Shown here: piece by piece, positions 17,901 to 25,821 of the stretch
Position numbering within the stretch: position 1 is the stretch's first letter
Layout of the letters: the number at the start of each line of letters is the position of its first letter
From: Candidatus Poseidoniales archaeon
GTDB taxonomy: Archaea > Thermoplasmatota > Poseidoniia > Poseidoniales > Poseidoniaceae
Reading direction: 5' to 3'
Assembly: GCA_013911465.1 (NCBI GenBank)
Contig: JACETE010000002.1
Span: 1 to 52,497 of the forward strand
Length of the DNA: 52,497 nt
Made by a program: the position numbers and the translations under genes
The notes under the pieces: model-generated
What the model saw: only the letters and a program-made list of their open reading frames with translations
Databases searched by the model: none
Told to the model about the DNA's origin: nothing

Positions 17901-20900
17901 TTCCGTATCCGATAACTTCCAGACAGGTATCCCTGCTTCAGGTAACATGTTGTTGGCACGAAGTCAAACAGACCTTGTTGCTATGTTCACACAACATCTC
18001 GCAGTTGGAGATATCACATACAACGTAGGTAAGACAGGCGAGAAAGAATTCACGCCAGCATTCGAATCCGCATTGGATGACCATCTTAACGAACAACAAA
18101 TGGATGAAATTAAATTGATTCTGCTCCAAGATGGAAAGGATCTCGATGAAATGGCAGATGTTGTTGTCGACCATTCCTTTGTTGCATTCAAGAACAAAGG
18201 CGACGCTTACATGACTCGCGGCTACCCGCTTGACTCAAACGGAATTCCTGACGAGTCTCTCGGACTTCACTACCGTGTTTGGGCTGATGGGGAATTGATT
18301 CCTTGTGAGAACCCAAGCGAAGAATTCTGTTTCAACGGGGACTATGTTACTGAAGAATCTGCGAACAGCACATTCAGAAACAATGCAGACGTTAGTTCTC
18401 AAGAAGTAACTGACGTCACGCACTACACCTTCGGAGACTATTGGTACACCTCCGACTTGGTTGAGGAATACCCATCCGTTTCTACGCACATCCATCGTTC
18501 CAATGCACACATTGCTTTGGTCGTACAGTTGTTGACCAATGGTCTAAGTGACGACACGGTCGTTGATCTCTACCATGATGTCATTGAACTCGAAGACAAT
18601 TATGTTGTTCAAGATTACAACGGAGCACCTGGTGCAACGATTGAACGTGACCACGAAATTCGTTACTTTGCTATTGATGACAAGCTCTACCCACGTGCTG
18701 GTCGTTACAATTCAGAGGCTGGTTACAACGGAGGTCGTCCGTTGGGAATCTTCGGTGCACCTACCATCCTTTCTGGACAGGATTTCAACACCTTCACCAA
18801 TGAGGTATACGAAACCAAGCGTGGAGATGAACCTGTTCGTGAGATGGACCGTGAAGCAGTTGACGATGCAATGTTGAAGGACATCTTGGACCAACAATCC
18901 GGAGCAGAAATTCAACCACTGACGGTTCAAGACATACGAATTGATCATCTCCCTGAATTCTTTGATACGATGCTTGCCCGTTCCTATGTGGGATACGGAG
19001 CATCAACACTCGGTGCAGATGCTGGTTCGACGAATCCGCAACCAAGACAGCAACTGGATGAAAGTGCTCGAGGAACGTCCTTCCTCCAGCAAGCTTACCC
19101 TCTACCGGGTGCAATGATGAATCACTTTGTTATTGCAAACTGGTATGATCCAGACACACCAGCAATTCTTGCCAACGACAATGTCAAGGTGATGAAGTAC
19201 TATTCTGGTGCTGAAATCTCAGGAACTGTCATGACTGAAGACGATGGTATGGGACTTCCAAACGCTCGAATTCTTATCGAGCGTGATGCATTCTCTGGAG
19301 AGGATTCAGAAGACCTTGACGAAGACACATACTGGATTCCAATCGGTGTAACTGATGCAGACGAGAATGGTGACTGGAGTTTCCTTGCGCCTGCTGGACG
19401 AATCCGAGTCTCTGCCTTTGCTGGTGTCTTTGATGATACCTTCGCAATTCAGGAGATCCAAAGTGGTGATTACGTCAGTGGATTCAGTGATGTGTTGACA
19501 GATGTCAACGATGATCGTGAAGTCTATGCAATCACCGCAGTCCTTGGCGAAGTTGCAAACATGACCTGGCTCGGAGAAACCACACTCAATGTTACAGGCG
19601 CTCAAGCAGATCGCCATGAAGACGTCACTACTGCAATGGACATCGAAGTCCAGAGTACTGGTGTTTCTGGTACAGTTGCTTGGAGTGGATTTGGTGACTT
19701 CGATGGAGAACCTCTCGTTGAGACCGACTTCATCCTCCGAAACATCTGGGCCATGACCGAGAACTACACGCTCACAACCACAAACGGATCCTTCGACACT
19801 GACGAAACTCGTGTCCTGCAAGGAACTGGAGAGGTTACCTTCTCCGATGTGGGTACCTTCACAAGCGAAGGCGTGGCATTGGCTTACGATTTCACTGGTA
19901 ACTTTACTCGAGAAATCTCCGATGCACGTGTCTTCTCAGGAAACGGCACATGGATTGGTATGGGTACCATTGAAGCTACTTGGGTTCAACACGACAACGC
20001 ATCACTTGATTGTGGTGAGAACAACACCATGCCAGATAATGCAACTCTATGTTTAATCTCAGAAGGCACGGATTTCTCCACCTATCTCTTGGATGGAGAA
20101 GTTACAGCCAACGGACGATTAACGTCTGATGGTGTAAGTACTCTGACGAAGGAACTCGATGGTGAGACCTTTGAAGGAACAGGTATCTTCGAAGGTGTAG
20201 GAACTCTCAACGGTACAGGTCTCTTCATTGGTCCGGGTACGTTCAGCGGTGACATTGTCAACCCCGGTTCGTTCTATCGAACTGGACTTGTCCCCGGTGT
20301 CTACAATATGATTGCATTGATGCCGAATGGAAGAGAAATCCTCCTGCCTGACCCTGTGCAGGTTGGAATCGAACCAACTTATGACCTGTCGATGACCGTA
20401 CCTGCATCACTCTTCGAGGACACACTTACCACCATGGCAGGCGATACAATCCCGAATCAAGAGATTGAATTGATCGATGTCGAACTCGGTGAGGATGAAA
20501 TGATTATTCTCACTTCGGACGAAGAAGGAAATGTTAGTTACGGTCCTATGACGGCTGGAATTTACTATCTCCGAGTTGACCTTGACAACGATGGTTACTA
20601 CGAACTGAACCAAACAATGCAGGTCTACGATGAACCAATGAACTTCACCTTTGACATCGGCGTACCTGAGATGTACGACCTCACCATTACGCTCAATGGT
20701 CCTGAAGGGTTTGACGTTACTGGACGTGAAGTCAACTTCACCGACCCACTTGGCTTGATGCCAATCGATGTCGTATCTGACGAAAACGGCGTTGTTGTCG
20801 TCGAACTTCCGATTGGAGAATGGTCAATCAGTGATAACAGCGATGAGGATTACATCCTGATCGAGGAAGTCATGGTTGAGGATTCGGACTTGACTTTGGA

Positions 20901-23900
20901 CTTCACCTATGCAACCTCTGTGTGGGTCAACGGTTCAATCGATGCTCCAAACACAGCTGGATTTACCTACCAAGAATGGCTTGCTCTTCCTGCCGAAGAG
21001 AAGTTGTACGAGAACGCAAGTTCAGTTCCTGTCCGATTCCATGGTAATGGACTCGAGTTCACGGCAGTAACGGACCAGTTTGGTGAATTCAGTCAACGTT
21101 TGCCAGCTGGAATGACATTCAACATGAATGCTCAGAGTTCAGTGTCAGCATTTGCGGCTGGAACTGTCGTTACAGTCTCGGAAGGAATGAGTACTCTTGA
21201 TGTCCTCATCCTTGGTCCAACTGTCGATGTTGTTGGAGCAGTCAAACTCTTTGACAACAATACGAACTGGAACCAAGATATCCCGAACTACGAACCTGTG
21301 GAGATCCATGCAACCAGTGAAGATGGCGTGGTATGGACTACTGCGACCGATGATGCAGGACTGTTTAACATGCAATTGCTCAACGGAACATGGACCTTTA
21401 GCATCCCTGATGCAGACTACAATGCTGATTCAGTAACGGATTACATCGTCAATGTTGAGGACGGAATGAACCCTGAACCTGTGGAGTTGATCACCAACCC
21501 AGCGAACAGCACTGTGACATTCAACGTGTTCACAGATTTGGGTGATGGTGTCTTCGAGAACGGAACTGCAATTCGACCAGATATCCAATTGATTCCTGTG
21601 TCTGAAGTTGGACAACAAGTGAACATCACTTCGGCTGACTATTCAGCAGATGGTATTGTAGACGTGATTCTCAGTCCGGGAATCTATGCAATCACGACCA
21701 ACAGTTTGGATGCATCTGATGAAAATGCTACGGATGCAAGCCTTGAGATCAACGCCATTCTCGACATTGTCCCAATTGGTTTGACAGGACCTGAAGAAGC
21801 GGTTCTTGTGCCAATTGTTGATGCATGGAGAATGAACGGTACCATTTCATGGGCTAACGGCTCAGCGATGGTCGAGAACTTCCTTCTCTCAACACCTGAT
21901 GGTTCGAATTACGTGCCAATCAGTGTTGATGAAAACGGATCGTTTGCAACCTACGTTCAGAGTGGTGATTACATTGTTGTCGTCGCTCCGATTCTCAACG
22001 GTGATGGAATGATGGAATCACTCCGAATGCCGATCACAATCGATGCAGACTCGTCAGTTCGAACCGACCTTTCCCTTGCTCTTGTTGAAACCATCGAGGT
22101 TTCCCTAACACTGAAGGAGAGCGGAACAGATTCCGAACTTGTCGGTAAGAGGGTCGTTCTTGTCAGCCATGATGGTTACGGAAACGTCACAATGAACCCG
22201 TCTGATGCTGATGGAAACGCTACACAATTGCTCATGCCAGGTACCTGGAGTTTGTACATGAATGAATCCGCAGCACAGCGCTTCTGGACCATTGATACCT
22301 CCGATGCGCCTGTCCTAATGGACACCAATACCTCATTGGGTGTTGTTTATGCAGCACTTGAAGTCGAGATCGGCGGAAAGGCGTACTGGGATACCGATGA
22401 GGATGATATTGCTGATGCAAATGAAGGCGTCGAGGGTGCAAATGTTACGATCCAAGGAGGTAGCATTGATACTGTCGTTGCAACCGATTCCTCTGGTGTA
22501 TGGCGACTGTATGTTCCAATTCTTGAGAACTACACAGTCACTGTCTCGAAGGATGGATTTGGGGTTGTTTCCTATGACGATAACAACACAGGAACTTACG
22601 TTGTTCAGAACGAACCTCTCTCACAAGACATTGAAATGTCTGCTGCAGAAGTAACGGTTACTGGAACAGTAACTGACGTTCTCGATTCATCTCGACTCGA
22701 TGGTGCATCCATCACCTTGTACGGTACATCTGAAAACCAACAAGACTCGATTGATGTCATTGGTACACTCGCTGATGAAACCTTGTCGTTCACAGCAGTT
22801 GTGGAGCCGGGTCAATGGGTCGTAGTTGTTTACGAAGATGACGCACCATTCAACGGTGGTGGCGTAGCTGTTGGACTCCTCGATGCAGAAGTCCAAGACG
22901 GTGGTACCATTGAACTCGTCATGAGTAAGGGTGGATGGGTTGATCTCTCAACAGAGTTCACTTCGTTCAACCTACAAACCTTCAATGCAGGAACCGATGA
23001 AGTTGATTCACCAGTTACTGATGTTGTTGATGTTGAAGTCGATCTTGGAGACGGACGTGCTTGGACACTACCAATTGATTCCGATGGAACCTTGGAAGTT
23101 CTCCTCCCTGCGAACTCTGCAACCTTCAACTCTGAATTCTCCACTGTACAACGTGACCTTGTCATGAATTACACTGCTGGAATTTCGATTGATAATGGAG
23201 ACGAAGGACGTACAGCAGTCATGCTTTCGTTCAACCGTAAGACAAACAGTGATCTCACATTGACTGTCTCAGGTGTTGAGGGAGCTACTGTTCTCGGTGA
23301 TGAAAACCGTGACCTGCTTGCTGTGGTTAATTCATCGGACTCAGACAACTATACATCCATTGAATTTGATGTTGCAGCTCAGTACCAAGGTACAGAAATT
23401 GCAGATCCGTTTGATGTCAGTGGAACCGTCACAGTATCCCCTGACCAGGACCAATGGGCAGTAGAGTTCTACAACGGTACAGACTGGGTTGAGAGCACCA
23501 GCGTACAACTTGGAATCGGAGACGTTGCAGCAAACGCAACCCTCAACGAAAGTGTACGTGCTCGAATTGTCCTACCAACTGTTGAAGCCGCTTGGTGGCT
23601 CGAAAACGGTCATGACATCAATATCCGCTTCTCTGCGGACAGCGGAGACATGACTGAGGTTTCTCTCAATGTTGAGATTCCTCAATACTATGCGTTCAAC
23701 ACAACAGATGTAACGTCGACAATTGGTGTCGCACCCGGTGGTGCTACAACAGCATCTCTAACCATTAACAACAACGGTAACGGTGACGACTCGTTCACGT
23801 ACGAGGTTCTTGACAATCTCCCTGATGGATGGATCATTAGTCCTATGAACGGTGTTACAACCATCGCAAAGGATAACTTGCGTGACCTCGCATTTGCAGT

Positions 23901-24459
23901 CACATCCTCTTCAGACTTTGATGATGGCCAAGTGACAATAACAGTTCGAATTACAAGCGAAGATGGAATCACTCAAGAAGACGTTGAAATCGTCGTCGAA
24001 TCGGCTCGAATCTCATTGAATTGGAATCAAGGTCTTTCGCAGTCACGTAGTAACAACTTCGCTGATGTGGATCCAAACTCGGTCATTATTGTCATCGAGA
24101 ACAACGGATTGCGACCTGCTCAACAAGTTACAGTCTATCTTGACAGCAGTGGTATGAGTGAAATGAACATGACACTCGCCGTACCTGCATCCGGTAGTAC
24201 AGACTTCGAGTTCGTTCTACCTAAGGCAAGTCAAGGTATCACTCGATACGATGTTCGTGCAGTTGTTCTTGGTGACGATGCAAACTACACTACGGGTGAC
24301 GCTGTTGATGATGACTTCGGAATTGAATACCTTGTACAAGGTTCTGAAGAAACGTCAAACTCAATTGTCAATGTGGTCATTATCGCACTGATCTTTATCA
24401 TCCTCTACTTTGGAGTCAAGGCGTCTTCCCGAGCTCGTGGCTCAGGTAGCCGATTCTGA
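14914..24459 (+). CDS. aglB: Giant (3181 aa) AglB/STT3-type oligosaccharyltransferase fusion: extra polytopic N-domain + AglB core + roughly 2100-aa beta-sandwich-rich extracellular extension + C-terminal TM anchor
   Basis: WWDYG is encoded at 17857..17871 (aa 982-986). An EL1-like motif DPWYMKRVVDY...DADRFYPIGGANPRPPLFSW starts at 16141 (about aa 410), and GLADHDSF is also present. There are many hydrophobic helices before aa 980. Downstream are CarboxypepD_reg-like signatures (GTVMTEDDGMGLPNARILIE; SSGVWRLYVPILENYTVTVSKDGF) and CARDB-like stretches. A terminal TM (IVNVVIIALIFIILYFGV, 24361..24420) is followed by a basic tail. It is a single uninterrupted ORF in the track. Confidence 0.85.
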   Translation: MEKVSKTSQRPVFGWLIAPLAVLIAILANYVDGLMSIDVELNSDAVTPFIVTGVAGLLAVTPRILRELGTLPESVSQTQISLAMFVLALVGSGVAESQISGFVGFTFFVVLFGAYLLDTRERYEWMTMLVFAGVGVHSAFDITAAAAADSYLPSMYEFSEGQSYDVSTFQETALGFVFFTWFTVFPILGLLIGVVGRGVLNPAGDKGWFSFNTVESGWNRQALPLQIALFVWAAAHLATIWHFDQGSIADRLRLGGLGGVEANGFVGYYTALLTGILAIIVSGMVAERWFTRAMTLSSLWTLYLIGTWYEEGFWTNETFAESWAPLIWLAITFFVGVAISMIGNHEKYGGWSNREEHRPSGARQFWNAHWASLLTMVAFLVGFVIRIQWYAVPSMHALGTDGFDMTGGSDPWYMKRVVDYILAQNAHLVMDADRFYPIGGANPRPPLFSWSLAIGAMILQPFLGDDAVWWSMLALPAIYGALTILPVAAIAKDHFGKAAGVIAAWLIAFMPAHVTHSTWGLADHDSFVMLFIAIGFMFYLRAVRYAGSERLVRTTSIRPLHMIRAMSAVAQERKYAMSNAVLAGVAFAAASLGWKGFVVGPAILFLAYAAQVAINMFRRRDSTILSTLFLTMLMTNFLIALPFYAHPQLNLMLDGTGLQPFLFILLFTIVIMYITTGFRDKPWLLVLGTLAVGAAVFLASLYVLKLTNLSNAWDVLFTGGGYFTKTKIFGTVAEANAPDRGYMFASFGPIVFVFALVVGLTSLWRAFSQRSQISLVFAVWIFTATYMSWTAARFLFNATPVVAVMGAAGIVGFWKWANWEGLVRNWRRAGIRTPSERIAGARRAVWRMPSFSAVVLVLIMLSGQQLTYGLDSAIPSNSPAEGDLDESIYYTIPDIMRWDGLGFSVLDSRDYEAFGGRAYMGSFGSGFNGQSWNDAHQWLSQQDVYHEGVTDKASCDGEDGIWDSGESLCEMKFGDKPAFVSWWDYGFQALNTGQHPSVSDNFQTGIPASGNMLLARSQTDLVAMFTQHLAVGDITYNVGKTGEKEFTPAFESALDDHLNEQQMDEIKLILLQDGKDLDEMADVVVDHSFVAFKNKGDAYMTRGYPLDSNGIPDESLGLHYRVWADGELIPCENPSEEFCFNGDYVTEESANSTFRNNADVSSQEVTDVTHYTFGDYWYTSDLVEEYPSVSTHIHRSNAHIALVVQLLTNGLSDDTVVDLYHDVIELEDNYVVQDYNGAPGATIERDHEIRYFAIDDKLYPRAGRYNSEAGYNGGRPLGIFGAPTILSGQDFNTFTNEVYETKRGDEPVREMDREAVDDAMLKDILDQQSGAEIQPLTVQDIRIDHLPEFFDTMLARSYVGYGASTLGADAGSTNPQPRQQLDESARGTSFLQQAYPLPGAMMNHFVIANWYDPDTPAILANDNVKVMKYYSGAEISGTVMTEDDGMGLPNARILIERDAFSGEDSEDLDEDTYWIPIGVTDADENGDWSFLAPAGRIRVSAFAGVFDDTFAIQEIQSGDYVSGFSDVLTDVNDDREVYAITAVLGEVANMTWLGETTLNVTGAQADRHEDVTTAMDIEVQSTGVSGTVAWSGFGDFDGEPLVETDFILRNIWAMTENYTLTTTNGSFDTDETRVLQGTGEVTFSDVGTFTSEGVALAYDFTGNFTREISDARVFSGNGTWIGMGTIEATWVQHDNASLDCGENNTMPDNATLCLISEGTDFSTYLLDGEVTANGRLTSDGVSTLTKELDGETFEGTGIFEGVGTLNGTGLFIGPGTFSGDIVNPGSFYRTGLVPGVYNMIALMPNGREILLPDPVQVGIEPTYDLSMTVPASLFEDTLTTMAGDTIPNQEIELIDVELGEDEMIILTSDEEGNVSYGPMTAGIYYLRVDLDNDGYYELNQTMQVYDEPMNFTFDIGVPEMYDLTITLNGPEGFDVTGREVNFTDPLGLMPIDVVSDENGVVVVELPIGEWSISDNSDEDYILIEEVMVEDSDLTLDFTYATSVWVNGSIDAPNTAGFTYQEWLALPAEEKLYENASSVPVRFHGNGLEFTAVTDQFGEFSQRLPAGMTFNMNAQSSVSAFAAGTVVTVSEGMSTLDVLILGPTVDVVGAVKLFDNNTNWNQDIPNYEPVEIHATSEDGVVWTTATDDAGLFNMQLLNGTWTFSIPDADYNADSVTDYIVNVEDGMNPEPVELITNPANSTVTFNVFTDLGDGVFENGTAIRPDIQLIPVSEVGQQVNITSADYSADGIVDVILSPGIYAITTNSLDASDENATDASLEINAILDIVPIGLTGPEEAVLVPIVDAWRMNGTISWANGSAMVENFLLSTPDGSNYVPISVDENGSFATYVQSGDYIVVVAPILNGDGMMESLRMPITIDADSSVRTDLSLALVETIEVSLTLKESGTDSELVGKRVVLVSHDGYGNVTMNPSDADGNATQLLMPGTWSLYMNESAAQRFWTIDTSDAPVLMDTNTSLGVVYAALEVEIGGKAYWDTDEDDIADANEGVEGANVTIQGGSIDTVVATDSSGVWRLYVPILENYTVTVSKDGFGVVSYDDNNTGTYVVQNEPLSQDIEMSAAEVTVTGTVTDVLDSSRLDGASITLYGTSENQQDSIDVIGTLADETLSFTAVVEPGQWVVVVYEDDAPFNGGGVAVGLLDAEVQDGGTIELVMSKGGWVDLSTEFTSFNLQTFNAGTDEVDSPVTDVVDVEVDLGDGRAWTLPIDSDGTLEVLLPANSATFNSEFSTVQRDLVMNYTAGISIDNGDEGRTAVMLSFNRKTNSDLTLTVSGVEGATVLGDENRDLLAVVNSSDSDNYTSIEFDVAAQYQGTEIADPFDVSGTVTVSPDQDQWAVEFYNGTDWVESTSVQLGIGDVAANATLNESVRARIVLPTVEAAWWLENGHDINIRFSADSGDMTEVSLNVEIPQYYAFNTTDVTSTIGVAPGGATTASLTINNNGNGDDSFTYEVLDNLPDGWIISPMNGVTTIAKDNLRDLAFAVTSSSDFDDGQVTITVRITSEDGITQEDVEIVVESARISLNWNQGLSQSRSNNFADVDPNSVIIVIENNGLRPAQQVTVYLDSSGMSEMNMTLAVPASGSTDFEFVLPKASQGITRYDVRAVVLGDDANYTTGDAVDDDFGIEYLVQGSEETSNSIVNVVIIALIFIILYFGVKASSRARGSGSRF

Positions 24460-24514
24460 TTCGTCAGAAGACAAGACTTGATAGAAGAGAACCACCGATT
24501 GCGGTGGGAGAGGC

Positions 24515-25720
24515 ATGGAGGAACTGCGAGGAGTTGAATTGCTTCCCGAACCAGGGGAGCCAAAGATTCTCTCAGCAGTTGATGCATCAACCAGTGGTCA
24601 TGAAGGCCAGTGGAGGGCTGAAGTCATGGGTTGGGCGCCTGTAGTGCCTGATTCAATTGCATTCCGTCCAAGGCGCATCTTTTCTCTCGCATCTGGCATT
24701 GTCATTGCTCTTTTCATGGGTATCACCGTTCTTCTGTGGCAATCGGACTTGCTGCTCTTGCAATTGCCTCCTGCTACATCTGAATGGGCATTTGAAGATT
24801 CAGAAATTCGAGAACTTCAACAGGATGGCCTTTCGGGAGAAGGGGTTCGGGTATGCATGGTGGATACGGGATTGTCCCTCAGTCATTCCTCACTTGATGA
24901 CTCGAGTGTCGTATTCGAGGATTTTGTTGGGAATTCTGCAGAACCGAAGGATTACGGATCCATCGCCCACGGTACGCTGATGGCAGGAATTCTACTCTCG
25001 AATGATTTCCAGAAGGGAATTGCTCCCAATGTCACGCTGGGTATGGCAGCCGCATTAAGTGCAAATGGTGACAACAATACGGGTTCAGAATCGAGAGTAG
25101 CTGATGCTATTCGATGGTGTATCTTTGATTTTGAAGCCGATATAATCTCTTTATCACTTGGAGGAGAACAAGATCAATCTGCCTCAAGAGAAGGTCCTGC
25201 TGTTTCCGCAACGCGGCAAGCAATTGACGCTGGCATCTATGTTGTGGCTGCCGCAGGAAACGATGGTGGTCAAGGTGATGACGGTTATGTTAGTGCACCT
25301 GGCAACGTCAATCTTGCAATTACAGTCGGTGCCTCGGATCGTGACGGTTCAGTCTGGACACAATCCTCGATGGGTGAGGCCATGGATTCCGATGGAAATC
25401 TGCGCGTGTATCCGAATCAAAAACCAGAATTGACTGCACCAGGCGTCGATATTTTGTCCACTGGTCTCGATGATCAATGGTATACTTCGAGTGGAACGTC
25501 TGATGCGACCGTCTTTGTTGCTGGAGCGCTTTCATTGATTTTGGAAGCCCATCCAGAACTCAAACCAAATTCCACATCAACAACAGCGTGCATTCAACTT
25601 GTCAAGCAAGCTTTGGCGCGGTCTTTGAGTCCAGATTTGGTTCATGATTCAATGGAAGGTTATGGCCAACTCAAGGCCAAATCATGGCTTAATCAAGTGT
25701 CTGAGGACACAAATTGTTGA
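24515..25720 (+). CDS. Membrane-anchored subtilisin-like serine protease (peptidase S8)
   Basis: Catalytic D-H-S order: VRVCMVDTGLS, SIAHGTLMAGIL, SLSLGG (oxyanion region) and SSGTSDATVFVAGA. N-terminal TM segment IFSLASGIVIALFMGITVLLW. An SD-like GGGAGAGG lies just upstream of the ATG. Confidence 0.85.
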   Translation: MEELRGVELLPEPGEPKILSAVDASTSGHEGQWRAEVMGWAPVVPDSIAFRPRRIFSLASGIVIALFMGITVLLWQSDLLLLQLPPATSEWAFEDSEIRELQQDGLSGEGVRVCMVDTGLSLSHSSLDDSSVVFEDFVGNSAEPKDYGSIAHGTLMAGILLSNDFQKGIAPNVTLGMAAALSANGDNNTGSESRVADAIRWCIFDFEADIISLSLGGEQDQSASREGPAVSATRQAIDAGIYVVAAAGNDGGQGDDGYVSAPGNVNLAITVGASDRDGSVWTQSSMGEAMDSDGNLRVYPNQKPELTAPGVDILSTGLDDQWYTSSGTSDATVFVAGALSLILEAHPELKPNSTSTTACIQLVKQALARSLSPDLVHDSMEGYGQLKAKSWLNQVSEDTNC

Positions 25721-25734
25721 ATTTCGATTGCTAA

Positions 25735-25740
25735 TTTTTT
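25735..25740 (+). terminator. T6 run 15 nt after the S8 protease stop (possible oligo-T terminator)
   Basis: ctaaTTTTTTga follows the TGA at 25718..25720. Confidence 0.3.
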
Positions 25741-25810
25741 GATATTCTTTATTCAAAATGATATTCTTGAGGGCATTTTATTGATATTATTGAGTTGATT
25801 TGATACTTCT
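25740..25810 (+). promoter_or_regulatory. Four phased direct repeats, TGATATTCTT / TGATATTCTT / TGATATTATT / TGATACTTCT, in an AT-rich intergenic region; candidate operator array
   Basis: The copies start at 25740, 25759, 25782 and 25801 (spacing 19, 23 and 19 bp). The first two are identical 10-mers. An extra TGAT lies at 25796..25799. Confidence 0.5.
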
Positions 25811-25821
25811 AACAGTGTCGA

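Noticed and set aside
19306-19821. Long antisense ORFs inside the giant genes, e.g. 19306..19821(-) 171 aa, 41107..41619(-) 170 aa and 48129..48665(-) 178 aa, plus many 60-140-aa ORFs in alternative frames.
   Set aside because: They lie fully inside much longer ORFs that have clear domain content. Their translations are low-complexity or Cys/Arg/Ser-rich with no motifs. Asp/Glu/Gly-rich coding sequence tends to leave the antisense frames open. I consider them spurious.
20100-20290. A Gly/Thr/Phe-rich low-complexity stretch in the aglB extension (GETFEGTGIFEGVGTLNGTGLFIGPGTFSG), which looks like a short tandem peptide repeat.
   Set aside because: It is degenerate at the DNA level and sits inside an otherwise well-behaved ORF. 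It is most simply a flexible or beta-roll-like linker, not a separate element.
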